Shown: piece by piece, positions 1-9,568 of the stretch | Position numbering within the stretch: position 1 is the first letter of the stretch | How the letters are laid out: each line of letters begins with the position of its first letter | Source of the DNA: a virus | Virus record (IMG/VR): IMGVR_UViG_3300045988_089330 | DNA: 33,342 bases | Reading direction: 5' to 3' (one strand) | The notes under the pieces: generated by a model | Database searches by the model: none | Seen by the model: only the letters and a program-made list of their open reading frames with translations | What the model was told of the DNA's origin: nothing | Translations under genes and position numbers: made by a program

Positions 1-175
1 TCTTCACGTTCGTGTAGGCGTTCTGGAACATTGTCAAGAACCACGTCGCCACCGTTGAAAGCGCCGTTTTTATGTCCGTCCAACGATCGGAAAACCATTG
101 ACCGATCCCGGAAAAAATACCGGTCACGGCTGTATATGCTTCATTGAACCGATCGGAAAACCACTGACCGACGCC
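1..175 (-). repeat. Continuation of the 120-bp in-frame tandem repeats of the tape measure gene. 1..54 duplicates 33289..33342; the rest is a degenerate copy.
   Basis: 1..54 is identical to 33289..33342. The following ~120 nt keep the GQWFSDRWTDIK / GQWFSDRFNEAY repeat at the protein level. Confidence 0.8.
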
Positions 176-1975
176 GATAAAAATTTCAACTATGCTATCC
201 CACAACCCCGCGAAAAACTCCACGGCCGCGCCAATCGCTCCCGGAAGCGTCACCGTGAAAAATTCTTTGATTGCGTCAAAGGCTGCGAAAAATGCCGTCT
301 TTATCGCTGAAAAAATTTTGTCCACAGCTTCCCGGAACCAATCACATTTATTATATAGAGTGACAAGGATCGCAATCAGCCCCGTAATGGCTGTCACAAT
401 CAAAATGATCGGGTTTGCTGCCAGTACCGCATGAAACGCGGTAAACGCTGCCTTTGCTGCTTTTATAACCTGTCCGATCTTTGTCGCCACGGAAATAATT
501 TTTGAAATTCCCGTAGCCACTTTTCCGAATATAATCAAGGCCGGTCCGATTGCCGCAACTACCGCCGCAACCTTTATGATCGTTTCCTGCTGCTTGTCAT
601 TCAGGTTTTTAAACCATGTTGTGAATGTCTTTACCTTCTCCACGACACGTTCCAAAACCGGCGCAAGTGAAGACATTAACGTGTTTCCAAGTTCTGCGCC
701 TGCTACTTTTAAATTGTTCAGCGCTACTTTTGCTTGATCCGGCGGATCCAGTGTTGCGTTGAATGTGTCTTCGACAACATTTCCGTAATCTTCCAACGAA
801 CCGGCCAGATCATCCACAGACAAACGGCCTTCTCGGATCGCCTGCGTCATTTCCGCGGCGCCTTTTTTTCCGAAAAGTTCCGTTGCTATCTGCAGGGCTT
901 CTGTTTCGCTCCCTGCGTTCTTTATGCTCTCTATGGTTTCGCCCAATGCTTCTTCAAGGGTTTTCCCCTCTGCCGTCGCGTTCTGCTGTGCTTTTTTCAA
1001 TCCGGCAAGCGCTGTTGTTGCGTCAACGCCGTTTGCTTCAAACTGTGCAAGTAAATTCACGGAAGAAGTCAGATCAAGGCCCATTTCCTTTAGTGTGGCG
1101 CCGTTCGTCTGGAGGGAATTTTGAAGCGTGTCCATAGAAATTCCCGTGTCCTGTCCCGCCTTCGTCAGAAGGCCAAGAACATTTCCCGTCTGTGAAGCGT
1201 CAACGCCGAATTTCGTCATAATGGCGTCCACGCTGTCGATCGCTCCGTTTAAATCTGTCCCGTTGATATTCGCAAACTGAATAAACTTTGTTGACAGATC
1301 TTCTAATGTTTTTCCCGTCTCTCCGAAACGTGTATTGACTTCACCGATCGCGATCCCTGCTTCTTCCGCTTCGATCGGAAGGGAAGAAAACACGTTGTCC
1401 ATGCTTTCTTGTAAGCCTTCCAGTGCTTCCCCGGAAGCGCCGGTTTTGGTGATGATCGTATCATATCCGGTATCAAGTTCATTAAATGCTGCAATACTGG
1501 CGGCGCCTAACCCGGTAATAGCCCCCGTCACCGGAAGAAGTTTCTTTCCAAGCGCCGTTGACTTTTCCCCGATCTTGCCGTTGATCTCCCCTACCTTTTC
1601 AAGTGTGGAGTTTCCCTTCTCTGCCGCTTCTTTTAAGTTTTTCAGTTCTGCTTCGGTTTTGACAATTTCCCGCTGCAATGCTCGGTATTGTTCTTCTGAA
1701 ATTTCGCCGTTCTTAAACTGCTTTTGTACCTGTGCTTCTGCTTCTTTTAAAACGTCCAGTTTTTGCGACGTAGCTTCCACCGCTTCTTTCAGAAGTGTCT
1801 GCTTCTGCGCCAGTAATTCCGTATTTTTCGGATCCAATTTCAGGGCCTTTTCGACTTCCTTTAATTCTTTCTGGATGTCGCGGGCCTCTTTGTTTACACC
1901 GGTCAGCGCCTTGTCTAATTTCGTCGTATCGCCGCCGATCTCAATCGTGATCCCTTTGATTGTGCTTGCTGCCAC
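1..1975 (-). CDS. Tail tape measure protein, N-terminal part (open at the left window edge; continues in 32288..33342 if the contig is circular)
   Basis: Hand translation of the minus strand from GTG at 1975 gives MAASTIKGITIEIGGDTTKLDKALTGVNKEARDIQKELKEVEKALKLDP.... It has a coiled-coil N-terminus, a TP901-like core (GISMDTLQNSLQTNGATLKEMGLDL), hydrophobic segments and then W/F-rich repeats. There is no stop down to position 1. It is absent from the ORF track because it is open-ended. It lies directly downstream of the G/GT chaperone pair. Confidence 0.85.
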   Translation of the reverse strand, partial: MAASTIKGITIEIGGDTTKLDKALTGVNKEARDIQKELKEVEKALKLDPKNTELLAQKQTLLKEAVEATSQKLDVLKEAEAQVQKQFKNGEISEEQYRALQREIVKTEAELKNLKEAAEKGNSTLEKVGEINGKIGEKSTALGKKLLPVTGAITGLGAASIAAFNELDTGYDTIITKTGASGEALEGLQESMDNVFSSLPIEAEEAGIAIGEVNTRFGETGKTLEDLSTKFIQFANINGTDLNGAIDSVDAIMTKFGVDASQTGNVLGLLTKAGQDTGISMDTLQNSLQTNGATLKEMGLDLTSSVNLLAQFEANGVDATTALAGLKKAQQNATAEGKTLEEALGETIESIKNAGSETEALQIATELFGKKGAAEMTQAIREGRLSVDDLAGSLEDYGNVVEDTFNATLDPPDQAKVALNNLKVAGAELGNTLMSSLAPVLERVVEKVKTFTTWFKNLNDKQQETIIKVAAVVAAIGPALIIFGKVATGISKIISVATKIGQVIKAAKAAFTAFHAVLAANPIILIVTAITGLIAILVTLYNKCDWFREAVDKIFSAIKTAFFAAFDAIKEFFTVTLPGAIGAAVEFFAGLWDSIVEIFIGVGQWFSDRFNEAYTAVTGIFSGIGQWFSDRWTDIKTALSTVATWFLTMFQNAYTNVK

Positions 1976-1978
1976 CCG

Positions 1979-2586
1979 CTATTCACCGCCCCTTCGTTTA
2001 AACTTCTCGCGAATGGCCTTTCGGTCCGGTTCTGTTTGTGAAATGCGCCAACAATTTTCAAGGTATTCTCTCCCCTGCTCCGTCTGGTTCATTTCGTGTA
2101 TAAACGCTTCGCGCATGAAGAAAAGGTATAGATCAAGGTCCAGTTCCTGCACTTCCCACAAGTTCAAGCCGGTGTAATCAATCACCAGTTTTTCCCCGCG
2201 GGTTTGGGTTTTATAATAAACCCCTTCACTATCCTGCCCCGGATAGAAGGGGACCTTTAGTTTGGGTTCTTCTGTACGCCGCCCGCAAATTCCATATAGG
2301 CGTCGATCAATGCTTCCATTTCTTCTGTGTCGTAGTTGTCCGTGATTTCCTGCGCCGTTACTCGCTCCCCACTCATGTTATGTGAAAGAATTTCCGCGCA
2401 AAGGCCGCCCAACGTGTCCATAGCGTCGTCAACGCTCATGTTGTCCACATCCACTTCCTGCAGCGCCGACATTTTTTCAAAGGTTTTCTTCATAGGCATT
2501 TTAACAACCAATTTCCGACCGTCCTTTAACGTCGCCGTCATAAAGGACCGTTTCACCTTGTTAAAATCAAACGCCATATTTGCCAT
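1979..2586 (-). CDS. Tail assembly chaperone GT-type fusion product, predicted to need a -1 frameshift at 2260..2266
   Basis: The -1 frame relative to ORF 2257..2586 is open from inside the end of that ORF through to the 68-aa ORF 1979..2185 (...PKLKVPFYPGQDSEGVYYKTQTRGEKLVIDYTGL...). This is the canonical position between the major tail and tape measure genes. Confidence 0.55.
2257..2586 (-). CDS. Tail assembly chaperone (G-like, zero-frame product)
   Basis: 109-aa acidic protein between the major tail and tape measure genes. It ends in a slippery heptamer immediately before its stop. Confidence 0.7.
   Translation of the reverse strand: MANMAFDFNKVKRSFMTATLKDGRKLVVKMPMKKTFEKMSALQEVDVDNMSVDDAMDTLGGLCAEILSHNMSGERVTAQEITDNYDTEEMEALIDAYMEFAGGVQKNPN
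2260..2266 (-). other. Candidate -1 programmed ribosomal frameshift heptamer C CCA AAC (X XXY YYZ in the G frame), directly 5' of the TAA stop
   Basis: The minus strand reads ...cag aag aaC CCA AAC taa. A shift to -1 gives ccc aaa cta aag gtc ..., which stays open into the downstream ORF. Confidence 0.5.
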
Positions 2587-2610
2587 AGTTTAAATTCTCC
2601 TTTCTGCGAA

Positions 2611-2639
2611 ACAACGGCAAAGCGCCGCCCTGCCGTTGT
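2611..2639 (-). terminator. 9-bp stem-loop after the major tail gene (attenuator or mRNA-stabilising hairpin; no clear U-run)
   Basis: acaacggca (2611..2619) pairs with tgccgttgt (2631..2639). Confidence 0.3.
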
Positions 2640-2650
2640 AATTCCTGATG

Positions 2651-3217
2651 TTATGCGGTGCCGTTGCTTGCCGCCGCTTCTTCGTCTGTCATTTCTTCTT
2701 CATACAGTAAAAGTGTTCCTTCGTCGTCCATAGGAAGCGCTGTAATTTCTTCATCAATTACGGTTTCTTTGTCCTTCTCAAAGGAAATAGAGAAGCCCGC
2801 CTGATTATTTCCTACGATCATTGTCCAAATATCGCCGTCCACCGGATCTTTGTGGTGAAGACAAATAACATAGCGGCTTCCCTTCCGGTTATTCAGGCCG
2901 CCGATCTTCACTATCCGGCGCTTCTTCGCCTTGTCTTCCGTCACGCGGGCGGTGTCGCAAAGATAATCGAATTTTTTTCCGTCGAAGGTCATGATCCCCG
3001 TTTTCAGGGTTACTTCTTCTTCGGTAATGATTGTCTTTCTCTTGTTTCCGGTATCATCCTTTGCCGTGTAGAAAGACGGCTTGTATTCTACGGACGCGCC
3101 GCCGGAAATGTAGGCCATTAAGTTGTCTTTAACGCAAATATCCGACGTCGCGGGAACCGTCTTTCCGTCGAACGCCTGAATATAAACGTCAGCACTTCCA
3201 AGGATAATTCTTTCCAT
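2651..3217 (-). CDS. Major tail protein
   Basis: Position upstream of the G/GT pair. Sequence is beta-rich with an acidic C-terminus. The start is moved to MERIILG (ATG at 3217), which is preceded by AAAGGAGATCAGAGC. Confidence 0.75.
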   Translation of the reverse strand: MERIILGSADVYIQAFDGKTVPATSDICVKDNLMAYISGGASVEYKPSFYTAKDDTGNKRKTIITEEEVTLKTGIMTFDGKKFDYLCDTARVTEDKAKKRRIVKIGGLNNRKGSRYVICLHHKDPVDGDIWTMIVGNNQAGFSISFEKDKETVIDEEITALPMDDEGTLLLYEEEMTDEEAAASNGTA

Positions 3218-3231
3218 GCTCTGATCTCCTT

Positions 3232-3570
3232 TCATTTTTTCTGTGTGATTGTAAAGTCATACGCCGTTTGTATCGTGTCTTCGTTTGGGATCTGCGCCTG
3301 AAATTTGCGAAACTCCACGTCGAACAACACTTCGTCTTCGATCCGCTTTTCAAGGGCCGGATCCGCCCGTTTTTCTGTATACAGTTCTAACGATCCGTCA
3401 ATCTGCCGGATCCGGTTTCTGCTATCGTCGCCGCGCTGCTGTTCATCTGCCAACCAGACAAGAAACGGCGGATCTGGTACCGGATTTTTATTCGTCGGAA
3501 TAAATTGCATGTGTGCAAAAGGAAGCCCCAAGCCTGCCGCCCGCTCCAAAATCTGTTCAAACGTCGTCAC
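3232..3570 (-). CDS. Tail completion / tail terminator-like protein
   Basis: 112 aa, between the HK97 gp10-like and major tail genes. GTGA overlap with the upstream stop. Confidence 0.5.
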   Translation of the reverse strand: MTTFEQILERAAGLGLPFAHMQFIPTNKNPVPDPPFLVWLADEQQRGDDSRNRIRQIDGSLELYTEKRADPALEKRIEDEVLFDVEFRKFQAQIPNEDTIQTAYDFTITQKK

Positions 3571-3941
3571 CCTTCGATCGCCCCCTTTACCCTTTCTTCA
3601 AAATCTGCCACCACTTTTTCTTCTACCGGCTGAATATGTACCCGCGCCGCCACTCTGCCGCCGTTCCTGCTTGCGTGTCCTTTTTCCAGAAGGTGCGTCA
3701 ACTGATAATCGGTTTTGTTATAAACTGTGTTTCGTTTGGATCTTCGGTCTTCATAGGCGTTCTTTTTTGTCCACCCTTTCGCATAAGATCCTGTTTGAGC
3801 CGGGCTTGTGTTTTTTAATTCCCTAACGGCCGCGCTTGCCGCTTCATCGGCTGCCTTCTTTATTTCGTCGGCTATGCTCTGTGAATATTCACTAAGCCCC
3901 TGCGCCAGTTCTGCCGCCAGTTTATCAACACTCAATCCCAT
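3567..3941 (-). CDS. HK97 gp10-family head-tail joining protein
   Basis: The TGSYAKGWTKK....YNKTDYQLTHLLEKGH motif is typical of the HK97 gp10 family. TAATG overlap with the upstream gene. Confidence 0.75.
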   Translation of the reverse strand: MGLSVDKLAAELAQGLSEYSQSIADEIKKAADEAASAAVRELKNTSPAQTGSYAKGWTKKNAYEDRRSKRNTVYNKTDYQLTHLLEKGHASRNGGRVAARVHIQPVEEKVVADFEERVKGAIEG

Positions 3942-4171
3942 TATCGGTTCCCCACTCTCTGTGCGGCGTATACTTCGATCTTGTCGTCGTCCTTCGGTCC
4001 ATAAGTCCGGTAAACGGTCAGGCGTTCTTCTCCGAAGATCACCACGCTTTGATCGCTGTATTCGTTCGCGTACACTTCAAACATATAGCGGGCTTTCATG
4101 CCTTTTTCTCCCGCTGTCGCGTATTCATCCCGGCCGATCGGGTTCACTTTTGCAAAAACCGGCGTTTCCAC
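3941..4171 (-). CDS. Head closure / head-tail adaptor protein (SPP1 gp16-like); start uncertain (GTG)
   Basis: Position, plus the RDEYATAGEKGMKARYMFEVY....VYRTYGP.....IEVYA pattern typical of head-closure proteins. Confidence 0.55.
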   Translation of the reverse strand: METPVFAKVNPIGRDEYATAGEKGMKARYMFEVYANEYSDQSVVIFGEERLTVYRTYGPKDDDKIEVYAAQRVGNR

Positions 4172-4209
4172 GTCTTCTTCCCGTGTTTCCCCCGGATCAA
4201 TCAGCTTTA

Positions 4210-4500
4210 CTACTGCTTCGATTTGTAGTCACCGCCTTTTATCTTCGTCAAGATCATGTTATAGTTGTTCATCAACCGTTCGTGATTGCTGTCCATGCTG
4301 TAATTTGCCTTGACGTAGGTTAAGACGGCTTCAACAATCAAAGGATCTTTGGGGCTTGTCAGGTATTCTTCCGCTACCCCTATTCGCCTTAAATCCGCGA
4401 TCGCAAAATCCATATAGCGGAAAACGTCTTCGTCCAATGCGTCCGTTGACATTTTCCGCGCCCGGATTTTTGCGGCGGCCTTCAATTCATCAATCGTCAT
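4210..4500 (-). CDS. Head-tail connector protein (gp6-like / DNA-packaging family)
   Basis: 96 aa immediately after the capsid gene, containing the pattern DEDVFRYMDFAIADLRRIGV....DPLIVEAVLTYVKANY. Confidence 0.7.
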   Translation of the reverse strand: MTIDELKAAAKIRARKMSTDALDEDVFRYMDFAIADLRRIGVAEEYLTSPKDPLIVEAVLTYVKANYSMDSNHERLMNNYNMILTKIKGGDYKSKQ

Positions 4501-4525
4501 GTGAAGCCGTCCTTTCTGCTGCTAC

Positions 4526-5731
4526 TTACGCGGAAGCCTTCTTCGCCCGAATGAAGCCGTTGTATGCTGCTACGGCTCCACCCGCGAAAATGTCCGCACG
4601 GTATGCGATCTGTCCCTGCTTAAACTTGTAGTCTGTGGATTTTCTGGCGTCAATGTCGGAAAAAATCGCCATTTCGTAATTTTCCAACGGACCGTATGCC
4701 ATAATGTAGGCCCCCGCCGCCGTTGCCGTGTCAGAAATTGCCTTGCACGCGCTGTTGATAACGAACGGTACGCCGTCGATCGTGCCGGTGTTTCCGTGGT
4801 TCACAATGGTGTAAACCTTGCGATCCTGCTTGTCCCGAAGCGTCGCGAAGGCTTTCAGGTCCTTTTTGTTCAGGATCAAAACGGCCATGTCTTCCACGTC
4901 TTCTTCGCCGCCGTAGGAATAAATGATTTCATCCAGTGTCTTGTTGTCGATCGCTGTCAATTCAATATCCGTTGCCGGATCGATCACCTGATCTTCGGCT
5001 TTGGTGGGATTGTGGAAAATACCTTTAAATTTCCCCGTTGCTCCGTCACCGATCAGGATCTGGCGGCCCATGTAGCGGCGGATCGCTTTAGAAACCGATC
5101 CTTCCACAACTCCGTCATAGTCAGCATTTGGAAGTTTCACCATTTCTTCGGGTTCCTCTGTGTAGGCGGTGATCTTCTCTTTCTCGATCGTCACATACCC
5201 GAAAACCGGTTCCGTCGGGTTGTAGTCTGCGCCTTCTTCCGTCGCTCCCGCGCCGTCCCCATAAGATTTTACATACCCTCTCTGGTATGTTTCGCCACCT
5301 GCAAGCGGAACCACCTTCACGCGGTCCACAAGGGAAGAAACATCATTGAAGGTTTCTCTTACATCTGCGGCGCTGTGCTGCGGCGTGACGGTCTGCGTAA
5401 CGGAAAGCGCGTTCTTTGCGCCGATCGCCGTCTTTGCGGAAAATTTGACGGTCTTCCCGTTCTTTAAATTCTGGCCGCGTTCCTCTCTTACCTTGTCTTT
5501 GGGTTCCTCCTGCACTTCGCCGCCGTCCGGCTCCTTCCCGGAAGCTGCCGCCGCCGCGTCTGCCAGTTTCTCGCGCTTTTTGATGTCGTCCAAAATGCCG
5601 TCGATCTCCTTCGCTTCATCCAGAAGCGCGTCTAAGGCTTCGCCCTTCGCGGTCTGCGCCTGCTTGTTTAAGTCTTTCAGGCGGTCTTTCAGTTCGACAA
5701 CGCCCATTTTTACCAGATCTTCATACTTCAT
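4526..5731 (-). CDS. Major capsid protein, HK97 fold, with N-terminal coiled-coil delta (scaffold) domain
   Basis: 401 aa following a prohead protease. Charged coiled-coil N-terminus, then an HK97-like core. Strong AAAGGAGA RBS. Confidence 0.9.
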   Translation of the reverse strand: MKYEDLVKMGVVELKDRLKDLNKQAQTAKGEALDALLDEAKEIDGILDDIKKREKLADAAAAASGKEPDGGEVQEEPKDKVREERGQNLKNGKTVKFSAKTAIGAKNALSVTQTVTPQHSAADVRETFNDVSSLVDRVKVVPLAGGETYQRGYVKSYGDGAGATEEGADYNPTEPVFGYVTIEKEKITAYTEEPEEMVKLPNADYDGVVEGSVSKAIRRYMGRQILIGDGATGKFKGIFHNPTKAEDQVIDPATDIELTAIDNKTLDEIIYSYGGEEDVEDMAVLILNKKDLKAFATLRDKQDRKVYTIVNHGNTGTIDGVPFVINSACKAISDTATAAGAYIMAYGPLENYEMAIFSDIDARKSTDYKFKQGQIAYRADIFAGGAVAAYNGFIRAKKASA

Positions 5732-5735
5732 GTTT

Positions 5736-6482
5736 TCATTCTCCTTTCATAAATGCGTTGATTGTGAGTTTTTTTATCTCGTTTCGCTTCTCTGCCGCCG
5801 CCCGGTCCTCTGCCTGCTGCCCTGCTGCCGGTGCTGGTTTTGCCTTTTTTAAGGCGTCCGGGATCTTACAGCGGGCCTTTTCCAGATAGTCCCCAACTGC
5901 TGCCGCGTACTCCTTCGCTTCTGTGGTCTGAACGTTGAAATACTGCGCGGCCTGCTCCCCGTTGATCCATGTTTCCGCGTCCATAAGGGCGCCGATCTGT
6001 TCAAGCGTCACGCCCTCTTTTAAATGTTCGCCGTATATGTTCAAAATGCCGCTTCTGATCTGGTCCAGATCGTCGGCCATTTTCCGAAGGTCTGTTGAAT
6101 TTCCTTCACATACCGCCCACGGATTATGGATCATCAAAAAGGCGTTGGAAGGAATTTCGGGCGGCTCACTTCCTGCGAAGGCCAAGACAGAAGCGATCGA
6201 ACCGGCCAAGCCGTCCACATACACTTTGACTGTGTTCTTTGCGGCGTGTCTGCGGATCATGTTGTAAATAGCGATCCCGGCAAAAACGGATCCCCCTCCC
6301 GAATTGATATAAATATTCAGGTCTTTTCCTTCCGCTTCGGAAAGAAAATTCTTGATCGCGTCCGGGTACTGGTCTTCGTTCTGCCATGCTCCCCACCAGT
6401 CGGAAACAATATCACCGTAGAAATACAGATCTGCGCTTGTCGCCGTCTGGTTTTTGATTGTAAATCCTTTGATTATCTCCAT
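5736..6482 (-). CDS. Prohead (head maturation) serine protease, ClpP family
   Basis: YINSGGGSVFAGIAIYNMI, GLAGSIASVL and MIHNPW motifs are characteristic of ClpP-like proteases. It lies between portal and capsid. Confidence 0.9.
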   Translation of the reverse strand: MEIIKGFTIKNQTATSADLYFYGDIVSDWWGAWQNEDQYPDAIKNFLSEAEGKDLNIYINSGGGSVFAGIAIYNMIRRHAAKNTVKVYVDGLAGSIASVLAFAGSEPPEIPSNAFLMIHNPWAVCEGNSTDLRKMADDLDQIRSGILNIYGEHLKEGVTLEQIGALMDAETWINGEQAAQYFNVQTTEAKEYAAAVGDYLEKARCKIPDALKKAKPAPAAGQQAEDRAAAEKRNEIKKLTINAFMKGE

Positions 6483-7774
6483 TCCTGCTTCTCACCACCT
6501 TTCAAAGTTGCCGGGATAAACATTTTCATGATCTGGATCGCGGCGGCCTGCTGCCCCTCCGCGTCTCCCTGCGGCGGTCCCGCTCCGCTGCCTTCGCTCT
6601 GCTGCCCTGTCTGGTATAGGCTCTGATCGTCTGCTTTTACATAGTTCAAGCTTACCATTCTTACGTCGCCGTCTTCGATCGGTTCATAGTACAATAATTC
6701 GCGGTATTCATTGATTGTAATGATCCCGCGGTCATACAGAACGGATCCGATTGACGCCCGTGTTTGCAGCGTCGCATATTGAAGTCGGTTTGATGTGAAG
6801 ATGATTTTATTCCCGAAGCCCCTTTCCCTTTCGGATAGCACTTTGAAGGTAAATTCAAGCGACAACTGCAGGGCGATCGGTTCAATTACGCTTTCGTAAA
6901 AGGCGTTCCACTCGCCTTCTGTGAATTTTGACATCAGGATCGCTTCATTTACTCCGTAATACCGATAAAGGTTATCGCGTAAATACTGGCTTTGAAGCGT
7001 TGGTATGTTCGGCGTCCGCTGATTGATTTCGTGAAACTCCATTGAATTGTCGATCCCCGCCATGCCGCCGTCATTCTCCGCGCTCATGTAGGCCGCCTGA
7101 AACTCCTTCACCTTCTCTTTCAGTTCATCTTCATCAATGAAGTTGTTGTATTTCAGATAGCCTTTCAAATTTGCCGAGTTTTTCACGGTATTTTTAAGGG
7201 CCTGCCCCGTTGCGTCCAGTAATTCAAGTGTTGTCTTCACAGTCTGATCCGGCGGCGTTCCGATAAACCTTTTTTTGTTAAACCGTGCCTTGATGTGGAT
7301 CACATTCTGATACGGCAGCGTGTACGCCTTCCCGTCATAGTCCCAAGTAAAGCGAAACAAAATGTTTCCCGCGTCGTCCTCATAGATCCGATAGTCCCGA
7401 ACCGTCAACGGAACGATCGCTTTTATCCGCGAAAAATCGTCGGTATAGAGGATCGCTGAAAAGGAATTTGACTTTCTAATCAGCGTCGCCGCGATTTTAT
7501 AAAGTGCGTCATACGCGGAAAGTTCCGGCGTCCACCGCAAGGAAAGAAGGCGGGCCAGATAATCGTCTTTGATCGTCATGCCGCGGCTGTCTTTTCTGAC
7601 GATCTGCGGCGTCAGCTTCGCCACGTTTACGGAAATACAATTTTCAATGGAGCCTATGATGTCGCTGTCGTCCATGCCGCTGCCCGCTGAATACTCGCCA
7701 CGGATTGCAAAAACGGGGCTGTATTTAATACGCCTGAAATTCAGAAAATCTTTGATAATTCCCGTCGCTCTCAC
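6473..7774 (-). CDS. Portal protein (HK97 family)
   Basis: 433 aa between terL and the protease. GTG start after GGAAAGGGG. Confidence 0.85.
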   Translation of the reverse strand: MRATGIIKDFLNFRRIKYSPVFAIRGEYSAGSGMDDSDIIGSIENCISVNVAKLTPQIVRKDSRGMTIKDDYLARLLSLRWTPELSAYDALYKIAATLIRKSNSFSAILYTDDFSRIKAIVPLTVRDYRIYEDDAGNILFRFTWDYDGKAYTLPYQNVIHIKARFNKKRFIGTPPDQTVKTTLELLDATGQALKNTVKNSANLKGYLKYNNFIDEDELKEKVKEFQAAYMSAENDGGMAGIDNSMEFHEINQRTPNIPTLQSQYLRDNLYRYYGVNEAILMSKFTEGEWNAFYESVIEPIALQLSLEFTFKVLSERERGFGNKIIFTSNRLQYATLQTRASIGSVLYDRGIITINEYRELLYYEPIEDGDVRMVSLNYVKADDQSLYQTGQQSEGSGAGPPQGDAEGQQAAAIQIMKMFIPATLKGGEKQEWR

Positions 7775-7865
7775 CCCCTTTCCTTCTGCGTATGGTAGCC
7801 GGTCAAATTTCCATGCTTCAATCGTACAAAAAAAGTACGTTAAATTCTGACCTACTTTTTGAACG

Positions 7866-7888
7866 CAAAAAAGAAGGCCGAAGCCCTC
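7866..7888 (-). terminator. Intrinsic terminator-like hairpin (UUCG loop plus U6) between terL and portal
   Basis: The minus strand reads gagggc-ttcg-gccttc followed by tttttt. Confidence 0.4.
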
Positions 7889-7891
7889 TTT

Positions 7892-9568
7892 TTAGGCTGC
7901 TTTGTTCTGTAATTGCCGGCCGATCTCTTTGTGGTATTTCATCTTGACGGCCAGCGCGTCGAAGATTGAAACGGCGCCGTCTATATGCGCCCGTCTTTCT
8001 AGTTTTACCGGCTTCATACGGCTATCATTGATATTTATATCAACGGCCACATTCAGAAGGTGGGATCGAAGCAAATTGTTTTCGCCTAAACAATAGTTAC
8101 CGTCTTTCAGATCCCCTTCAAATGTATGTAATACCGGCGTCAGGTTTGTTCCCTGATATACGTCGTCCATGTGGAAGCCCGCTTCCTTCATTTCCTGAAC
8201 CAAATACCCGGCGCAATATCTGTCATATCCTACTTTTAGCGGCTTGATCTTGTATTTCTTCACAAGGTCTATGAACCATTTGTAAACGTCTTTGTAGTCC
8301 ACCTGATGATCCCCGGATAACGTCAAGAAGCCTTGCTGTTCAAAAATATTGTAGGGTACGTTTTCTTCATTGATTGCCACTTTGAAACGTTCCCGCGGCA
8401 TGAAAAATTGTGTGATAACATAATTTTTTCCGTCACGCTCAATAATCAGCGTCGCCGCCGTTAGGTCTGTTGTGCGGGAAAGATCGATCCCCGCTACGCA
8501 ATAACAACCCCGGAAGTCTTCAAGGGTGTATTTCTGGCCTGCTGCCCTCTCAACGTCGATATAGTCAAGCCATGCGATCGAAGAATTTTGTTTGATATTA
8601 CAAAACTTTGTGAGAAACTCCGCTTTTGCCGCAAGTGACTTTCTGGCAACCACGATCTTTTCTTCGTAATATTCCCACGAAACGGAAACGCCTAAGTTCG
8701 GGTTTGACTTCTCCAATTCTTCGCGGGTGTCCCACTTCTCCACGTCGTCAATGATGTAAAGGAACGGCAACAACCGCTTTTCGGTCTGCTCTGTCCCCCT
8801 GCCCTTCAAAAACGCCGTTGAACGTTTCATAAGTTCGTCAAAAATTCCGTCGTTCTCATAACCGGCCGTGGATGTAGATAATATAAGCGGCTGTTTTCTT
8901 GCTCCAATCGCGGAAGTCATAACTTCGTACTGCTTCAAGCCCTGATCTCCCGGCCATGCTTCCATTTCATCATTTAAGACAAAATGTGGGTTAAATCCGT
9001 CTGACTTTTTGGAATTGAAGGCGATCTTTTTCACCGTCGTGTTAAAGTCTTTGATATAAATATCTGACCGGCGTTTTTTGCTTATTTCTGCCAGTTCATC
9101 ATCTGATTGCACAATCTGATAAAAAGCGTCGTAGGCAAGATCGGCTTGCTCTAGCTTCGGCGCCAGACAATACAGCTTCGCGCCATATTCACCGTCAATA
9201 TATGCCATGTACGCCATGATCGCGGCTGCGAAAAGCGTCTTGCCGTTCTTCCTTGCTACAATCAGAAATACTTCCCTGAATTGCCGGTACCCGGTTTTCT
9301 TGTCCAGTATGCCGAAGATCGCGGAAACAATCGCTTTCTGCCACAATTCCAGTTTTAGAAGATCGTTCCGTCCTTCTGAATGGTGACAGAAGTTTTCTAT
9401 AAACTTGATCGCCTTGTTTGCCTTTTTCCAATCAAAGAGCCATTCCCCGCCGTTTATCCCCTCTACCAGAATTTTATATATCAGTTTGATCCACTTGCCC
9501 GCCCGGATCCGACCTGATGTTATGGCGTCGTAGTATTGAAAAATATAATTTGTTATCGCGTTATTCAT
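7892..9568 (-). CDS. terL: Terminase large subunit
   Basis: 558 aa with a Walker A-like VARKNGKT, DEMEAW (Walker B region) and a C-terminal RNaseH-like nuclease part. ATGAATAA overlap with terS. Confidence 0.92.
   Translation of the reverse strand: MNNAITNYIFQYYDAITSGRIRAGKWIKLIYKILVEGINGGEWLFDWKKANKAIKFIENFCHHSEGRNDLLKLELWQKAIVSAIFGILDKKTGYRQFREVFLIVARKNGKTLFAAAIMAYMAYIDGEYGAKLYCLAPKLEQADLAYDAFYQIVQSDDELAEISKKRRSDIYIKDFNTTVKKIAFNSKKSDGFNPHFVLNDEMEAWPGDQGLKQYEVMTSAIGARKQPLILSTSTAGYENDGIFDELMKRSTAFLKGRGTEQTEKRLLPFLYIIDDVEKWDTREELEKSNPNLGVSVSWEYYEEKIVVARKSLAAKAEFLTKFCNIKQNSSIAWLDYIDVERAAGQKYTLEDFRGCYCVAGIDLSRTTDLTAATLIIERDGKNYVITQFFMPRERFKVAINEENVPYNIFEQQGFLTLSGDHQVDYKDVYKWFIDLVKKYKIKPLKVGYDRYCAGYLVQEMKEAGFHMDDVYQGTNLTPVLHTFEGDLKDGNYCLGENNLLRSHLLNVAVDININDSRMKPVKLERRAHIDGAVSIFDALAVKMKYHKEIGRQLQNKAA

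Noticed and set aside
1976-1981. The GT-chaperone stop (TAG) is in the same frame as the tape measure GTG start 3 nt later, suggesting read-through fusion
   Set aside because: A single in-frame stop followed by a start is expected by chance one time in three. There is no read-through context or precedent that I can cite, so it is treated as coincidence.
1335-2177. 280-aa plus-strand ORF, and similar plus-strand ORFs at 192..434, 763..1137, 3305..3826, 4796..5467, 5346..5852, 18126..18671, 18753..19361 and 24666..25145
   Set aside because: These are antisense shadows of well-supported minus-strand genes. They have Ser/Cys/Phe/Leu-rich low-complexity translations, no RBS and no operon logic.
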